Below are positions 40,506-50,335 of a stretch of 64,000 nt of DNA, piece after piece. The notes beneath the pieces are model-generated. The model saw only the letters and a program-made list of their open reading frames with translations. It had not been told where the DNA came from and made no database searches. Numbering within the stretch: the stretch's first letter is position 1; each line of letters opens with the position of its first letter. The stretch comes from an uncultured Alphaproteobacteria bacterium (GTDB taxonomy: Bacteria > Pseudomonadota > Alphaproteobacteria > Rs-D84), in NCBI GenBank assembly GCA_963540515.1, contig CAUTNA010000001.1, forward strand, positions 74,699 through 138,698, read 5' to 3'. The translations under genes were made by a program, and so were the position numbers.

Positions 40506-42494
40506 ATGAAGTTTAGTAAAAAAATATTAAATAGTTTTATTGAATTACCATCTAATTGGATAGATTTAATGGAAGATGTTGGGTTAGAAGTAAAATCTTT
40601 TGATGGTAAAGATATAATGAATTTAGAGTTGCTTGCAAATAGAGGTGATCATTATTGTTATATAGGGCTTGCAATAGAAATTTTTGGCAGAACTAATCAA
40701 AAAATTAATTTTAGACCATCTTTAAATTTATTTGAAAAAGAGCCAGAATTTATAACTTATGATAAGTATTTGAAATATAATAATATAAATTACTTTTTTA
40801 ATATAGAAACAGATAAATGCTTAGCTTATTCTTTGACTCCTTATTCTATAGATTTTTTAAAAGATGTTAGTGATGATTATAAGTATATGTTAGAAGTAAG
40901 TGATATTAATGTAATTCACCCTGCTATAGATGTTACAAATATTGTTATGTTAGAACTTGGACAACCTTCTCATGTTTATGATAAAGATAAGATAGTTGGA
41001 AAAATACACATTAGAGATTCAAAAAAAGGAGAAAAAGCAGATTTGTTTTTTCATAAAGAGAGTGTGGAATTACCAGAAGGAATTTGTGTTATAGCTGATG
41101 ATGAAAAAATTTTGTGTATAGGAGGAGTTATAGGTTGTAAAGGAGCAGAAGTAGATAAAAATACAAAGAATATAGTTTTTGAAACTGCTTTGTTTGATCC
41201 TGTTAGTATTAGAAAAACAGAAAGATTTTTATTAGATAAACCAACAATTGCAGCGCAAATTTTTGAAAGAGGTGCAAGTTTGGATAATATTAAAAGAGCT
41301 TCTGAGAGAGCTTTATTTTTGTTTAATGAAATAGGTATAAAAAAATCTGATAGTTATCAGTATATGTACAATAAAGAAATTTCTTTTCAAAAAAGCTTTC
41401 CTTTGCCAGATATATCAAAAGCTTTATCTATAGATTTAAATAAAGATGAAATTATAAATATTTTATCAAGATACGGTTTTATTATAAAAAATAATATCTG
41501 TTTTGTACCTAGTTCTAGGGTTTGGGATATTATGGATCCTGTTGATTTGATTGAAGAAGTTGCTAGGTCCATTGGATATAATAATCTTCCATCAAAACTT
41601 CCCATAGCATTAATTGGAGGATTAGAAAATTATAAAGAGATAAGAAAGTCAAAAGTAAATTCATATTTGGTAAATAATGGTTTTTTTGAGGTTTTTACAG
41701 ATAATTTATATTCTTTAAAACATTCTAATTTATCACCTATAAAAGAACATATAAAAATAGAAAATAGTGTTGATGGTGGTTATAGTTTTATGAAAAATAA
41801 TACTATTGTACAAGCTACTCAACTTATATCTAAAAATATTTCTATGAAAACAAAAGAGATCTATGCTTTTGAATGGGGAAAAGTTTTTTATTCTGATTAT
41901 AGTGAGCATGAAAAGTTATGGGGTGTTTTAAACTCTGAACTAGGTATTTCTATTATGAAATTGAAAGGAATTTTAATTGGACTTTTAAATTCTATAGATT
42001 TAGATTTTTCCTTTGATTATTATCAGGAATCCGACAATAAAGAGTTTTCTCTTCTTGTTCCTAAAAGAAGAGCTAAGATTATATCTAATGGAATTGAGTT
42101 AGGTTTTTTTGGAGAAATTAAACAAAATTTATTATTAGATTTTGATTGTAAAAATATTAGACCTTCATATTTTTGTTTTGATGTATTAAAATTGTTAAAT
42201 ATAGAAGAAAGAGAATTTATTTATAAATCACCTTCTAATTTGATTCAATCAACAAGAAGTATATCTTTAGATATTCCTTTTGGTTTAAATTCTGATAAAG
42301 TTATCAATTTTATATTTCAAAAATATGATTTTATATCTGATATAAAAATAACTGATATATATGAAAAAGAAAAATCTAGGAATTTAACATTTTTATTAGA
42401 GTTTTCTGGTACAAAATCAACTGCTGATATAAATTCTTTAATACTTGAGATTATGGATGAATCAAAAGAATATATAAATAATATTAATAATTAA
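40506..42494 (+). CDS. pheT: Phenylalanine--tRNA ligase beta subunit (shortened)
   Basis: Directly follows pheS. B3/B4 and B5 regions recognisable. 662 aa versus ~800 typical. Confidence 0.8.
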   Translation: MKFSKKILNSFIELPSNWIDLMEDVGLEVKSFDGKDIMNLELLANRGDHYCYIGLAIEIFGRTNQKINFRPSLNLFEKEPEFITYDKYLKYNNINYFFNIETDKCLAYSLTPYSIDFLKDVSDDYKYMLEVSDINVIHPAIDVTNIVMLELGQPSHVYDKDKIVGKIHIRDSKKGEKADLFFHKESVELPEGICVIADDEKILCIGGVIGCKGAEVDKNTKNIVFETALFDPVSIRKTERFLLDKPTIAAQIFERGASLDNIKRASERALFLFNEIGIKKSDSYQYMYNKEISFQKSFPLPDISKALSIDLNKDEIINILSRYGFIIKNNICFVPSSRVWDIMDPVDLIEEVARSIGYNNLPSKLPIALIGGLENYKEIRKSKVNSYLVNNGFFEVFTDNLYSLKHSNLSPIKEHIKIENSVDGGYSFMKNNTIVQATQLISKNISMKTKEIYAFEWGKVFYSDYSEHEKLWGVLNSELGISIMKLKGILIGLLNSIDLDFSFDYYQESDNKEFSLLVPKRRAKIISNGIELGFFGEIKQNLLLDFDCKNIRPSYFCFDVLKLLNIEEREFIYKSPSNLIQSTRSISLDIPFGLNSDKVINFIFQKYDFISDIKITDIYEKEKSRNLTFLLEFSGTKSTADINSLILEIMDESKEYINNINN

Positions 42495-42499
42495 TTATT

Positions 42500-43135
42500 T
42501 TAAATTGTTTTTTTACTATATTCACACCATTTAATTACTGGGCATTTATCGCATTTTGGTTTTAAAGCTTTACATACATAACGACCGTGTAATACCATTA
42601 CATGATTAGTAATATAGTGATATTTTTTAGGTATTATATATAAAAGTTTTTTCTCTACTTTTTCTGGTGTATTGTCTAGTTCATCCACCCAATTAAACCT
42701 ATGGGATAATCTAAATACATGAGTGTCTACACCAATATTTGGTTCTCCCCATAACACATTTGTAACAACATTTGCTGTTTTCTGACCAATTCCAGGTAAT
42801 TTAACAAGTTCATCTCTACTCTTAGGAATTATAGAGTCCATCTCTAATAGTTTTTTTGATAAAGCAATTATATTTTTAGCTTTATTATTAAAAAAAGAGA
42901 TTTGATTTATATAGGTTTTTAATTTTTCTTCACCAAGTTTAACCATTTTCAATGGTGTATCTGCTACTTTAAATAAACTAGGAGTAATTTCATTTACTTT
43001 TTTATCAGTTGCTTGTGCAGATAAAATTACAGAAACTATAAAAGTGAACTCATTAACTGAAAAGAGTTCACTTTTTATATTCATATTAATAGTTGGAGGT
43101 ATTTTTGTAAAAAATATATTAGGTGTAAGTTTCAT
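42500..43135 (-). CDS. nth: Endonuclease III
   Basis: HhH-GPD motif LPGIGQKTANVV and a C-terminal 4Fe-4S cluster (CxxxxxxCxxCxxxxxC: CKALKPKCDKCPVIKWC). 211 aa. Confidence 0.9.
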   Translation of the reverse strand: MKLTPNIFFTKIPPTINMNIKSELFSVNEFTFIVSVILSAQATDKKVNEITPSLFKVADTPLKMVKLGEEKLKTYINQISFFNNKAKNIIALSKKLLEMDSIIPKSRDELVKLPGIGQKTANVVTNVLWGEPNIGVDTHVFRLSHRFNWVDELDNTPEKVEKKLLYIIPKKYHYITNHVMVLHGRYVCKALKPKCDKCPVIKWCEYSKKTI

Positions 43136-46100
43136 TTTATTTTTTCAATTTTAATACCAAATTTATGATCTTCTATATTAATAAAAGTATCAGCATTATC
43201 AGATTTTTCTATATTTATTACTAAAGCTTCTTTTTTTATTTTATCATGATATTTTATAATAGATTCTGATAATTCACTATCACAAGAATATTTTAAATTT
43301 ATTCTATCCGATACATCGAGATCTAAATTTTTCCTAGTTTCTTGAATAAATCTTAGAACATCATTCGCAATACCTTCTTGATAGAGTTCTTTTGATATAT
43401 TTATATCCATAATTATTACAGCTGTATTATCTGGAAGAACTTCACAAGCTTCTATATTATTTTTAATACTTAACTTTATTTCGAATTCATCACTATTTAA
43501 TTCTATTTCTTCATTATTGATTAGAATAACAATTTTATCATCTTTATATTTATACTTACCATTCTTTACAGCTGGTATAATATCTTTCAATTTAGATCCA
43601 AGACGTAATCCTATTTTTGGTGTTATTAAATATATATATGATTCTGCAAAACTATCTATATCATTTAAATATTCTATTTCTTTTACATTCAGTTCGTCCG
43701 TTATAAGTTTTGAATATTTGCTTAAATCTATACCGACTATAGTTATTTTTGAAAGAGGTAATCGATTACGTAGTTTATATTTTTCTCTTATAAGTTTACC
43801 AACACTTATAACTGTTTGAATTTTTCTCATATCATCTAAAAGACTAGTTTTTTTATATTTTTTATTTAAATCAAATCTTTCAAAGAATACGCTTGTTCCT
43901 ACTAAATTTTTATAAATATATTCTGATATGAATGGAGCAAAAGGTGCTAATAATTTACAAAATTCAATTAAAACTTTATAAAGTACATTAAAAGCTTTTA
44001 TATCTTCATTCCAAAATCTTTCTCTATTTCTTCTTATATACCAATTATTCAAAATGTCTAAGAATTTAACAAATTCTCTGATAGCAACATCTGGTTTATA
44101 ATTAGATATAGAATCATGTACAATTTCTTCCAATAAATTTAATTCTTCTAATATATATTTATCTAATAAATCTTCACTTTCTGAATCTGTTTTGGCTGTT
44201 ATATTACTTGCGTTGGCATATAAACTAAAGAAGTGATAAGCACTCCAAAGTGGAGATAAAATAGTTTTAGTTGTTTCATAAATAAATTTTCCTTCTTTAT
44301 CAATTGGTACTGGTTCTGCTTTTAAAAAGTTGCTACCAAGCAAATATAATCGTGTAGAATCTGCGCCATAAGTATCTAATATTTTTATAGGATCAGAGTA
44401 GTTGCCTAAAGATTTTGATAACTTCTTTTTATTTTCATCAACTAAATGTCCATTTGCAGATATGGTTTTAAAAGCTTCTCTATCAAATAAAGCTGTTGAT
44501 AATACCATTAAAGTATAAAACCAACCACGAGTTTGATCTTGACCTTCAACTATGTAATCTGATTTATAGTTAATATTTTCAACCTCTTCTTTATTTTCAA
44601 AAGGATAATGTTTGTATGCAAAAGGCATAGAGCCAGATTCAAACCAAGCATCCAATACATCAGGTATTCTTTCCCAACCATCTTTTTTTAATTTATCAAG
44701 AGTTGCTCTATGTAAATCTGTTATTTTTACTTCAAAAAATTCTTCTAATTCTTTTATAGATCCAAATACTTTATAGTTACCATCTTTTGTCCATATTGGA
44801 AGAGGTACTCCCCAAAATCTGTTTCTTGAAATTCCCCAAGGACGTGCATTTTCTATCCAAGATTCAAATCTATTTCCAGCAGATTTCCAATCAACATTTT
44901 TATTATTTTTTATTAATTTTTCTTTTATTTTTGGAACATTTATATACCAAGCTGATGTTGCTCTGTAAATTAATTTCTTTTTACTTCTTGGACTAAAAGG
45001 ATAAGAATGTTTATGGTTTTCTTTTTGTACTAAATTCCCTTTTTCCTTTAATTTATTAATAATTAAAGGGTTTGCTTCAAAAATATTTAATCCAGCAAAA
45101 TCCAAAACATCTTTTGTAAAATTACCATAATCATCAACATTTACAATTATTGGAAAATTCAAATCTAGTTTTTTTATCTCAATATAATCTATTTCTCCAA
45201 AAGCTGGTGCAATATGAACTATACCCGTTCCATCTGTATCACTAACATAATCAGCGTTGATAACAGTATATAAATAAGTATTGTTGTATTCTTTTATATA
45301 ATAATCAAATAAAGGTTTATATTTTAAACCAACAAGTTCTGAACCATTAATTTCTTTAATTTTATCAGCTTTTTCAAAGAAACAAGAATAATGTTTTTCC
45401 CTTCCTTTAGATACTATATATTCAATACCATCTTTTTTAAACACAGAATATTTTAACTTCTTATTAATTGCTAAAGCTGAGTTTGCAGGTAGTGTCCATG
45501 GTGTTGTTGTCCATGCTAAAATACGTCTTTTATCTTCTAATTCAAACCAAACAGTTACAGTTTCATCTATGATGTCTTGATATTCACTTGATGCTTCACT
45601 ATTTGATATAATGGTACCAAGTGCCCAATCATATGGATTAACTTTAAAATCCTTGTATAATAAACCGTTATCATAAAGTTTTTTTAAAGCCCATATTACA
45701 GATTCCATATAATCTACATTCATTGTGTTATAGACTTTATCATCTTCTATTTCTACCCATCTACCTATTCTTTTTAGATAATCTTTCCATTCATTAACAT
45801 ATTTCATCACTCCGTTTCTACACATATCACAAAACTTCTCAATTCCAAGCTCTGAAACCAATTCTTTGGTTTGTTTTCCTGTTGATTTTTCAACCATAAC
45901 TTCTGTTGGAAGACCATGAACATCCCATCCAAGTTTATGAATAACTTTTTTACCCAACATATTATTATATCTACAAACTAAATCTTTCATGCTAGATACA
46001 CCAAGGTGTCCCATATGTGGAATAGAAGAAGGTGTTGCAGGACCATCAAATAATATAAAATTATCGCCTTTTTTATTAGACTCGGTTACTTTTTTAAAAG

Positions 46101-46182
46101 TATCATTTTCTTCCCAATATTTTGTTATTTCTTTATCTATATTTGTGAAATTTACTTTTGCTTCTGTTTTAGGATATGTCAT
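43132..46182 (-). CDS. ileS: Isoleucine--tRNA ligase, type 2 (eukaryote-like)
   Basis: HMGH, KMSKS (KKLSKSLGN), and a type-2-like N-terminus FILFDGPATPSSIPHMGH. 1016 aa. Confidence 0.95.
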   Translation of the reverse strand: MTYPKTEAKVNFTNIDKEITKYWEENDTFKKVTESNKKGDNFILFDGPATPSSIPHMGHLGVSSMKDLVCRYNNMLGKKVIHKLGWDVHGLPTEVMVEKSTGKQTKELVSELGIEKFCDMCRNGVMKYVNEWKDYLKRIGRWVEIEDDKVYNTMNVDYMESVIWALKKLYDNGLLYKDFKVNPYDWALGTIISNSEASSEYQDIIDETVTVWFELEDKRRILAWTTTPWTLPANSALAINKKLKYSVFKKDGIEYIVSKGREKHYSCFFEKADKIKEINGSELVGLKYKPLFDYYIKEYNNTYLYTVINADYVSDTDGTGIVHIAPAFGEIDYIEIKKLDLNFPIIVNVDDYGNFTKDVLDFAGLNIFEANPLIINKLKEKGNLVQKENHKHSYPFSPRSKKKLIYRATSAWYINVPKIKEKLIKNNKNVDWKSAGNRFESWIENARPWGISRNRFWGVPLPIWTKDGNYKVFGSIKELEEFFEVKITDLHRATLDKLKKDGWERIPDVLDAWFESGSMPFAYKHYPFENKEEVENINYKSDYIVEGQDQTRGWFYTLMVLSTALFDREAFKTISANGHLVDENKKKLSKSLGNYSDPIKILDTYGADSTRLYLLGSNFLKAEPVPIDKEGKFIYETTKTILSPLWSAYHFFSLYANASNITAKTDSESEDLLDKYILEELNLLEEIVHDSISNYKPDVAIREFVKFLDILNNWYIRRNRERFWNEDIKAFNVLYKVLIEFCKLLAPFAPFISEYIYKNLVGTSVFFERFDLNKKYKKTSLLDDMRKIQTVISVGKLIREKYKLRNRLPLSKITIVGIDLSKYSKLITDELNVKEIEYLNDIDSFAESYIYLITPKIGLRLGSKLKDIIPAVKNGKYKYKDDKIVILINNEEIELNSDEFEIKLSIKNNIEACEVLPDNTAVIIMDINISKELYQEGIANDVLRFIQETRKNLDLDVSDRINLKYSCDSELSESIIKYHDKIKKEALVINIEKSDNADTFINIEDHKFGIKIEKIK

Positions 46183-46212
46183 TTTTCATTCCTTATTTTT
46201 TATATAAAAAAA

Positions 46213-46228
46213 GGCACCAAAAAGTGCC
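46213..46228 (-). terminator. Hairpin GGCAC-caaaaa-GTGCC followed on the minus strand by a T-run; terminator downstream of tRNA-Thr
   Basis: Read directly. The minus strand reads GGCAC tttttg GTGCC tttttttt. Confidence 0.5.
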
Positions 46229-46322
46229 CCGTAAATTTTTATACAGGACTTTTAAATTTTTATGATAATTATTTCTCTAATACTCATCAATTGTAAATTA
46301 TATATAATAACTGATAAAAATC

Positions 46323-46398
46323 AATATGTAAATGGTGCCGATTATAGGATTTGAACCTACGACCCTCTCATTACGAATGAGATGCTCTACCAACTGAG
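46323..46398 (-). tRNA. tRNA-Thr (anticodon CGT)
   Basis: Reverse complement is GCCGATT...anticodon loop TTCGTAA...T-loop TTCAAAT...AATCGGC-A-CCA. Confidence 0.9.
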
Positions 46399-46421
46399 CT
46401 AAATCGGCATTTACTTGAATA

Positions 46422-48095
46422 TTAAGATAAGCGATTATATTTTTCTAGTTTTATTTTTCTTAAAACAACCATTATACCTGCTGGTGTGATTCCGGGTATT
46501 TTTGATAAATCTGCAATTGTCTCTGGTCTTGTAAAAGACAATTTTTCAACAAGTTCATTAGTTAATCCTGGAATATTTGTATACTGAAATTTTTCTGGAA
46601 TTTTAATATTTTTATCTTTGTTGTAATTTTCTATTTCTCTTTTATTTCTATCAATATAACCTGAATAAATTAAATCGTTATCTTTAATTATATTTATTTT
46701 CTTACTATATTTAATATTAAACTCTTCCTTTGTTATCAGATTTAAATCTAGAGCTATTTTTCCAAGTCTTTCAATTGCATTATCTGATCTTAAAGAAAGT
46801 CTATATTCTGATCTTGATGTAAACATTCTATATGGTTCATTAATTCCTATTGTTGTAATATCATTTATCATTACTCCTATCATAGAATTAGTTCTATCTA
46901 AATTTAGATATTTATTAGAATTTAAAGAATATATAGCAGCATTAGCACCTGCTACTAATCCTTGACTTGCTGCTTCCTCATATCCAGAAGTTCCATTAAT
47001 TTGACCTGCAAAAAATAATCCTGGTATATCTTTTGATTCTAAAGTTGATTTTATCATTCTTGGATCTATTGAATCATATTCAATTGCATAACCATATCTT
47101 GCTATTTCTACATTTTCAAGTCCATTTATCATTCGTATCCATTTATCTTGAAGCTCTTTAGAAAAACTTGTTGATATTCCATTTGGGTAAACTAAATTAC
47201 TCTCTAATCCTTCTGGTTCTAAAAAGACATGATGAGAATTATGGTTTGGAAATTTCATAACTTTATCTTCTAAAGATGGACAATATCTCGGACCTGTTCC
47301 TGTTATATTTCCGTTATACATAGGTGCATATTTTATATTATCTTTTATAAAGTTATGAATTTTTTCATTTGTCTTAGTTATATAGCAATTTATTGTTTTA
47401 TTATTCAGATTTATATTTGTTAATCCTGAAAAAAAATCATGTTCTTTATCACTTTCTTGGATTTCACACATATTATAATTTATAGAATCTTTATATAGTC
47501 TTGCCGGAGTTCCAGTTTTTAGTCTAATTATTGGAAAACCAGCTTCAGTAAGTATCTTAGATATATTTTTATCTGATTTTTGATATTTATTATCCTCCAA
47601 TATTCTTCCTGACTCTATTCTGTCTTCACCCATATGAATAAGTCCATTTAGAAAAGTTCCTGTGGTAATAACAATTGCTTTTGATAAAATTTTATTATTA
47701 ACAATTTTATTATTTAAATCTAAATCATATACAGATTCATATATGATAGATAGATTTTTGTATTTATTTAAAATATTAAGCATATTTTGCGAATAAAGTT
47801 TTCTATCAACTTGAGCTCTTAATGCTTGAGTTGCTGCTCCATGAGTTGAATTTAAAAGTCTCCAGTGAATTGATGATAAATCGGCAACATAAGGCATAAT
47901 TCCACCAAACGCATCTATTTCTGAAATAAGTTGTGTTTTTCCAAGCCCTCCAATACTAGGATTACAAGAAAGTGCCCCAATATCAGTTTCTTGTTGAGTT
48001 ATAAGTGCTACTTTTAATCCAATTCTTGCAACTGCTGTTGATGCTTCAATCCCAGCGTGCCCTGCTCCTATAACAACTACGTCAAAATCATACAT
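46422..48095 (-). CDS. mnmG: tRNA uridine 5-carboxymethylaminomethyl modification enzyme MnmG (GidA)
   Basis: FAD-binding motif DVVVIGAGHAGIEAS, KTGTPARL, and the C-terminal GidA-associated helix. 557 aa. Confidence 0.85.
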   Translation of the reverse strand: MYDFDVVVIGAGHAGIEASTAVARIGLKVALITQQETDIGALSCNPSIGGLGKTQLISEIDAFGGIMPYVADLSSIHWRLLNSTHGAATQALRAQVDRKLYSQNMLNILNKYKNLSIIYESVYDLDLNNKIVNNKILSKAIVITTGTFLNGLIHMGEDRIESGRILEDNKYQKSDKNISKILTEAGFPIIRLKTGTPARLYKDSINYNMCEIQESDKEHDFFSGLTNINLNNKTINCYITKTNEKIHNFIKDNIKYAPMYNGNITGTGPRYCPSLEDKVMKFPNHNSHHVFLEPEGLESNLVYPNGISTSFSKELQDKWIRMINGLENVEIARYGYAIEYDSIDPRMIKSTLESKDIPGLFFAGQINGTSGYEEAASQGLVAGANAAIYSLNSNKYLNLDRTNSMIGVMINDITTIGINEPYRMFTSRSEYRLSLRSDNAIERLGKIALDLNLITKEEFNIKYSKKINIIKDNDLIYSGYIDRNKREIENYNKDKNIKIPEKFQYTNIPGLTNELVEKLSFTRPETIADLSKIPGITPAGIMVVLRKIKLEKYNRLS

Positions 48096-48098
48096 TTT

Positions 48099-48827
48099 TT
48101 AAAAGCGTCCCATTGCTCCATTTACATGGATTGTTTGACCACTTATGTAAGATGCCTCATTTGAGGCTAAAAACACACAAAGGTTTGCAACATCTTCGGG
48201 TTCTCCAAATCTTGCTGCTGGTATTTGTGCAAGATATGATTTTTTTAGATCTTCCGGTAAAATATCTGTCATAGGTGTTTTTATAAATCCTGGAGCGATG
48301 CAATTTGCTGTGATGTTTCTAGAGGCTACTTCTGTTGCTATAGATTTTGTCATTGCAATAATTCCACCTTTACTAGCTGCATAATTAGCTTGACCAGGAC
48401 CACCAATTACTCCAATAATTGAAGACATATTTATAATTCTGCCAAATTTATTTTTAATCATTGGCATAATTACAGCTCTACATAATTTAAAAGTTGAACG
48501 TAAGTTTGTATTTATAACATCATCAAACATTTCGTCAGACATGCGCATTAAAAGAGTATCTTTTGTGATACCTGCATTATTTACTAAAATATCTATTTTA
48601 CCAGTTTTTTCAATAGTTTCTTGTATTAAAGAGTCTGCATTATTTTCTTTAGAAATATCTTTAACTATTTTGATAAAAGAATCATCGAATTCTTCATTTA
48701 ATTTTTTTTCATTTCTTCCTGTTATAACAACTTTAGCTCCATTTTCTTTCATTTTTTGTGCAATTGATGCACCTATTCCACCTGTAGCTCCAGTTATTAA
48801 AACAACTTTATTTTCTAAACTAAACAT
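48099..48827 (-). CDS. fabG: 3-oxoacyl-[ACP] reductase
   Basis: SDR family. TGATGGIG, NNAG and the YxxxK catalytic motif (YAASKGG). 242 aa. Confidence 0.9.
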   Translation of the reverse strand: MFSLENKVVLITGATGGIGASIAQKMKENGAKVVITGRNEKKLNEEFDDSFIKIVKDISKENNADSLIQETIEKTGKIDILVNNAGITKDTLLMRMSDEMFDDVINTNLRSTFKLCRAVIMPMIKNKFGRIINMSSIIGVIGGPGQANYAASKGGIIAMTKSIATEVASRNITANCIAPGFIKTPMTDILPEDLKKSYLAQIPAARFGEPEDVANLCVFLASNEASYISGQTIHVNGAMGRF

Positions 48828-48837
48828 TTTATATCCT

Positions 48838-49737
48838 TTAAAGTTCTATTTTATTTGTTTTTATGTTTGAATTTGTTTTATTTATAAGTCCTGTTAATAC
48901 ATTACCTGGTCCTATTTCAAAAGATTCTGTTATCCCTAATTTTGACATATTTAAAACACTTTCTCTCCAACGAACACCGTGTGTTATTTGATATAATAAA
49001 GCTTCTTTTATTTCTTCTACATTTTCAATTGGATTACATGTTTTATTAGAAATTAAAGGACAAATTGGTTTTTTTATTTCTATATTATTTAATGCTTCAG
49101 ACATTTCTTTCTTTACAGGTTCCATTAGTTTTGAATGAGGTGAAACTGAAAGTGGTAATAACATAGCTCTTTTTGCTCCTTTTTCTTTTGATAGGTTCAT
49201 AGCTAGTTCTATCGCTTCTTTTGAACCAGATATTACGATTTGTCCTGGTGAATTATCATTTGCTATATCACATACTGAATCATTTCCTATTCTTTTTTCA
49301 GCGTCTATACAAATTTCTTTTAATATTTCATAATCTAATCCAAGTATAACAGCCATAGCACCAGTACCAATTGGTACAGCTTTTTGCATTGAATTACCTC
49401 TAATTCTAAGTAATATAGCTGTATTTTTTAAAGATATAGAATTAGTTGCACAGAGAGCTGTGTATTCTCCAAGAGAATGTCCTGCTACAAAATTTGGTGT
49501 TTCAAGATTTGCTACTCTATACATTGCAATTGATGTTGCCATAATTGCAGGTTGAACATTTGAGGTTAGCGTTAATTCTTCTATTGGACCATTAAAAATT
49601 AATTCTGATAATTTTTGATTCAAAGCATCATCAACTTCATCAAAAACATCTTTTGCAATTTTATAGTTTTTATATAGTTCTTTTCCCATTCCAACAAATT
49701 GACTTCCTTGACCTGGAAAAACATAAACTTTAGACAT
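48838..49737 (-). CDS. fabD: Malonyl-CoA:ACP transacylase
   Basis: VFPGQGSQFVGMG and active-site GHSLGEY. 299 aa. Confidence 0.9.
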   Translation of the reverse strand: MSKVYVFPGQGSQFVGMGKELYKNYKIAKDVFDEVDDALNQKLSELIFNGPIEELTLTSNVQPAIMATSIAMYRVANLETPNFVAGHSLGEYTALCATNSISLKNTAILLRIRGNSMQKAVPIGTGAMAVILGLDYEILKEICIDAEKRIGNDSVCDIANDNSPGQIVISGSKEAIELAMNLSKEKGAKRAMLLPLSVSPHSKLMEPVKKEMSEALNNIEIKKPICPLISNKTCNPIENVEEIKEALLYQITHGVRWRESVLNMSKLGITESFEIGPGNVLTGLINKTNSNIKTNKIEL

Positions 49738-49795
49738 ATTAATCCTTTTATAAGAACAGAAACATATTTCATGGTATCAAACGATATTTTATTAC

Positions 49796-50335
49796 TCAAC
49801 TAAGTTTTCTTATACTAAATTCACAACCACAATAATTTTGTCTATAAAAAGAACTTTCTTTTAAAATACTTTGTCTTGTTTCACTGTTCCATTTAATATC
49901 CAAATATTTAACTTTTTTTATAATGGTTGCAGAATTATTAACTTGGTTTTGATCTTTGTGAAAAGATACTCCAAAAACTGAACTTATTGCATTATAGTTA
50001 TTTTTTATAGCCCATTCTTCTGCAAATTTAAATCTGTATTCAAAACATCTTGAACATCTTTTTCCTTTTTCTGGTTCTTTTTCAAATCCTTTTATATATT
50101 CTAGCCAATCTTTATGATTATATTCAAAAATTACGGTTTTTACCCCTAATTTTTTGCAATACTTTAGTTGTTCTTCTAATCTTTTTATATATTCAGATTT
50201 TGGAAAAATGTTAGGATTAAAAAACATAACCACAAACTCTGAAATTTCTTTTATTTCATAGTTTGACAATTGCTGTATTGCACCACAAGAACAAGGAGTA
50301 CAACAAGATAATAATACTAATTTATACTTATCCAT
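49796..50335 (-). CDS. queH: Epoxyqueuosine reductase QueH (DUF208)
   Basis: LLSCCTPCS, FFNPNIFP, RCSRCF and a C-terminal CGCEFS. 179 aa. Confidence 0.8.
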   Translation of the reverse strand: MDKYKLVLLSCCTPCSCGAIQQLSNYEIKEISEFVVMFFNPNIFPKSEYIKRLEEQLKYCKKLGVKTVIFEYNHKDWLEYIKGFEKEPEKGKRCSRCFEYRFKFAEEWAIKNNYNAISSVFGVSFHKDQNQVNNSATIIKKVKYLDIKWNSETRQSILKESSFYRQNYCGCEFSIRKLS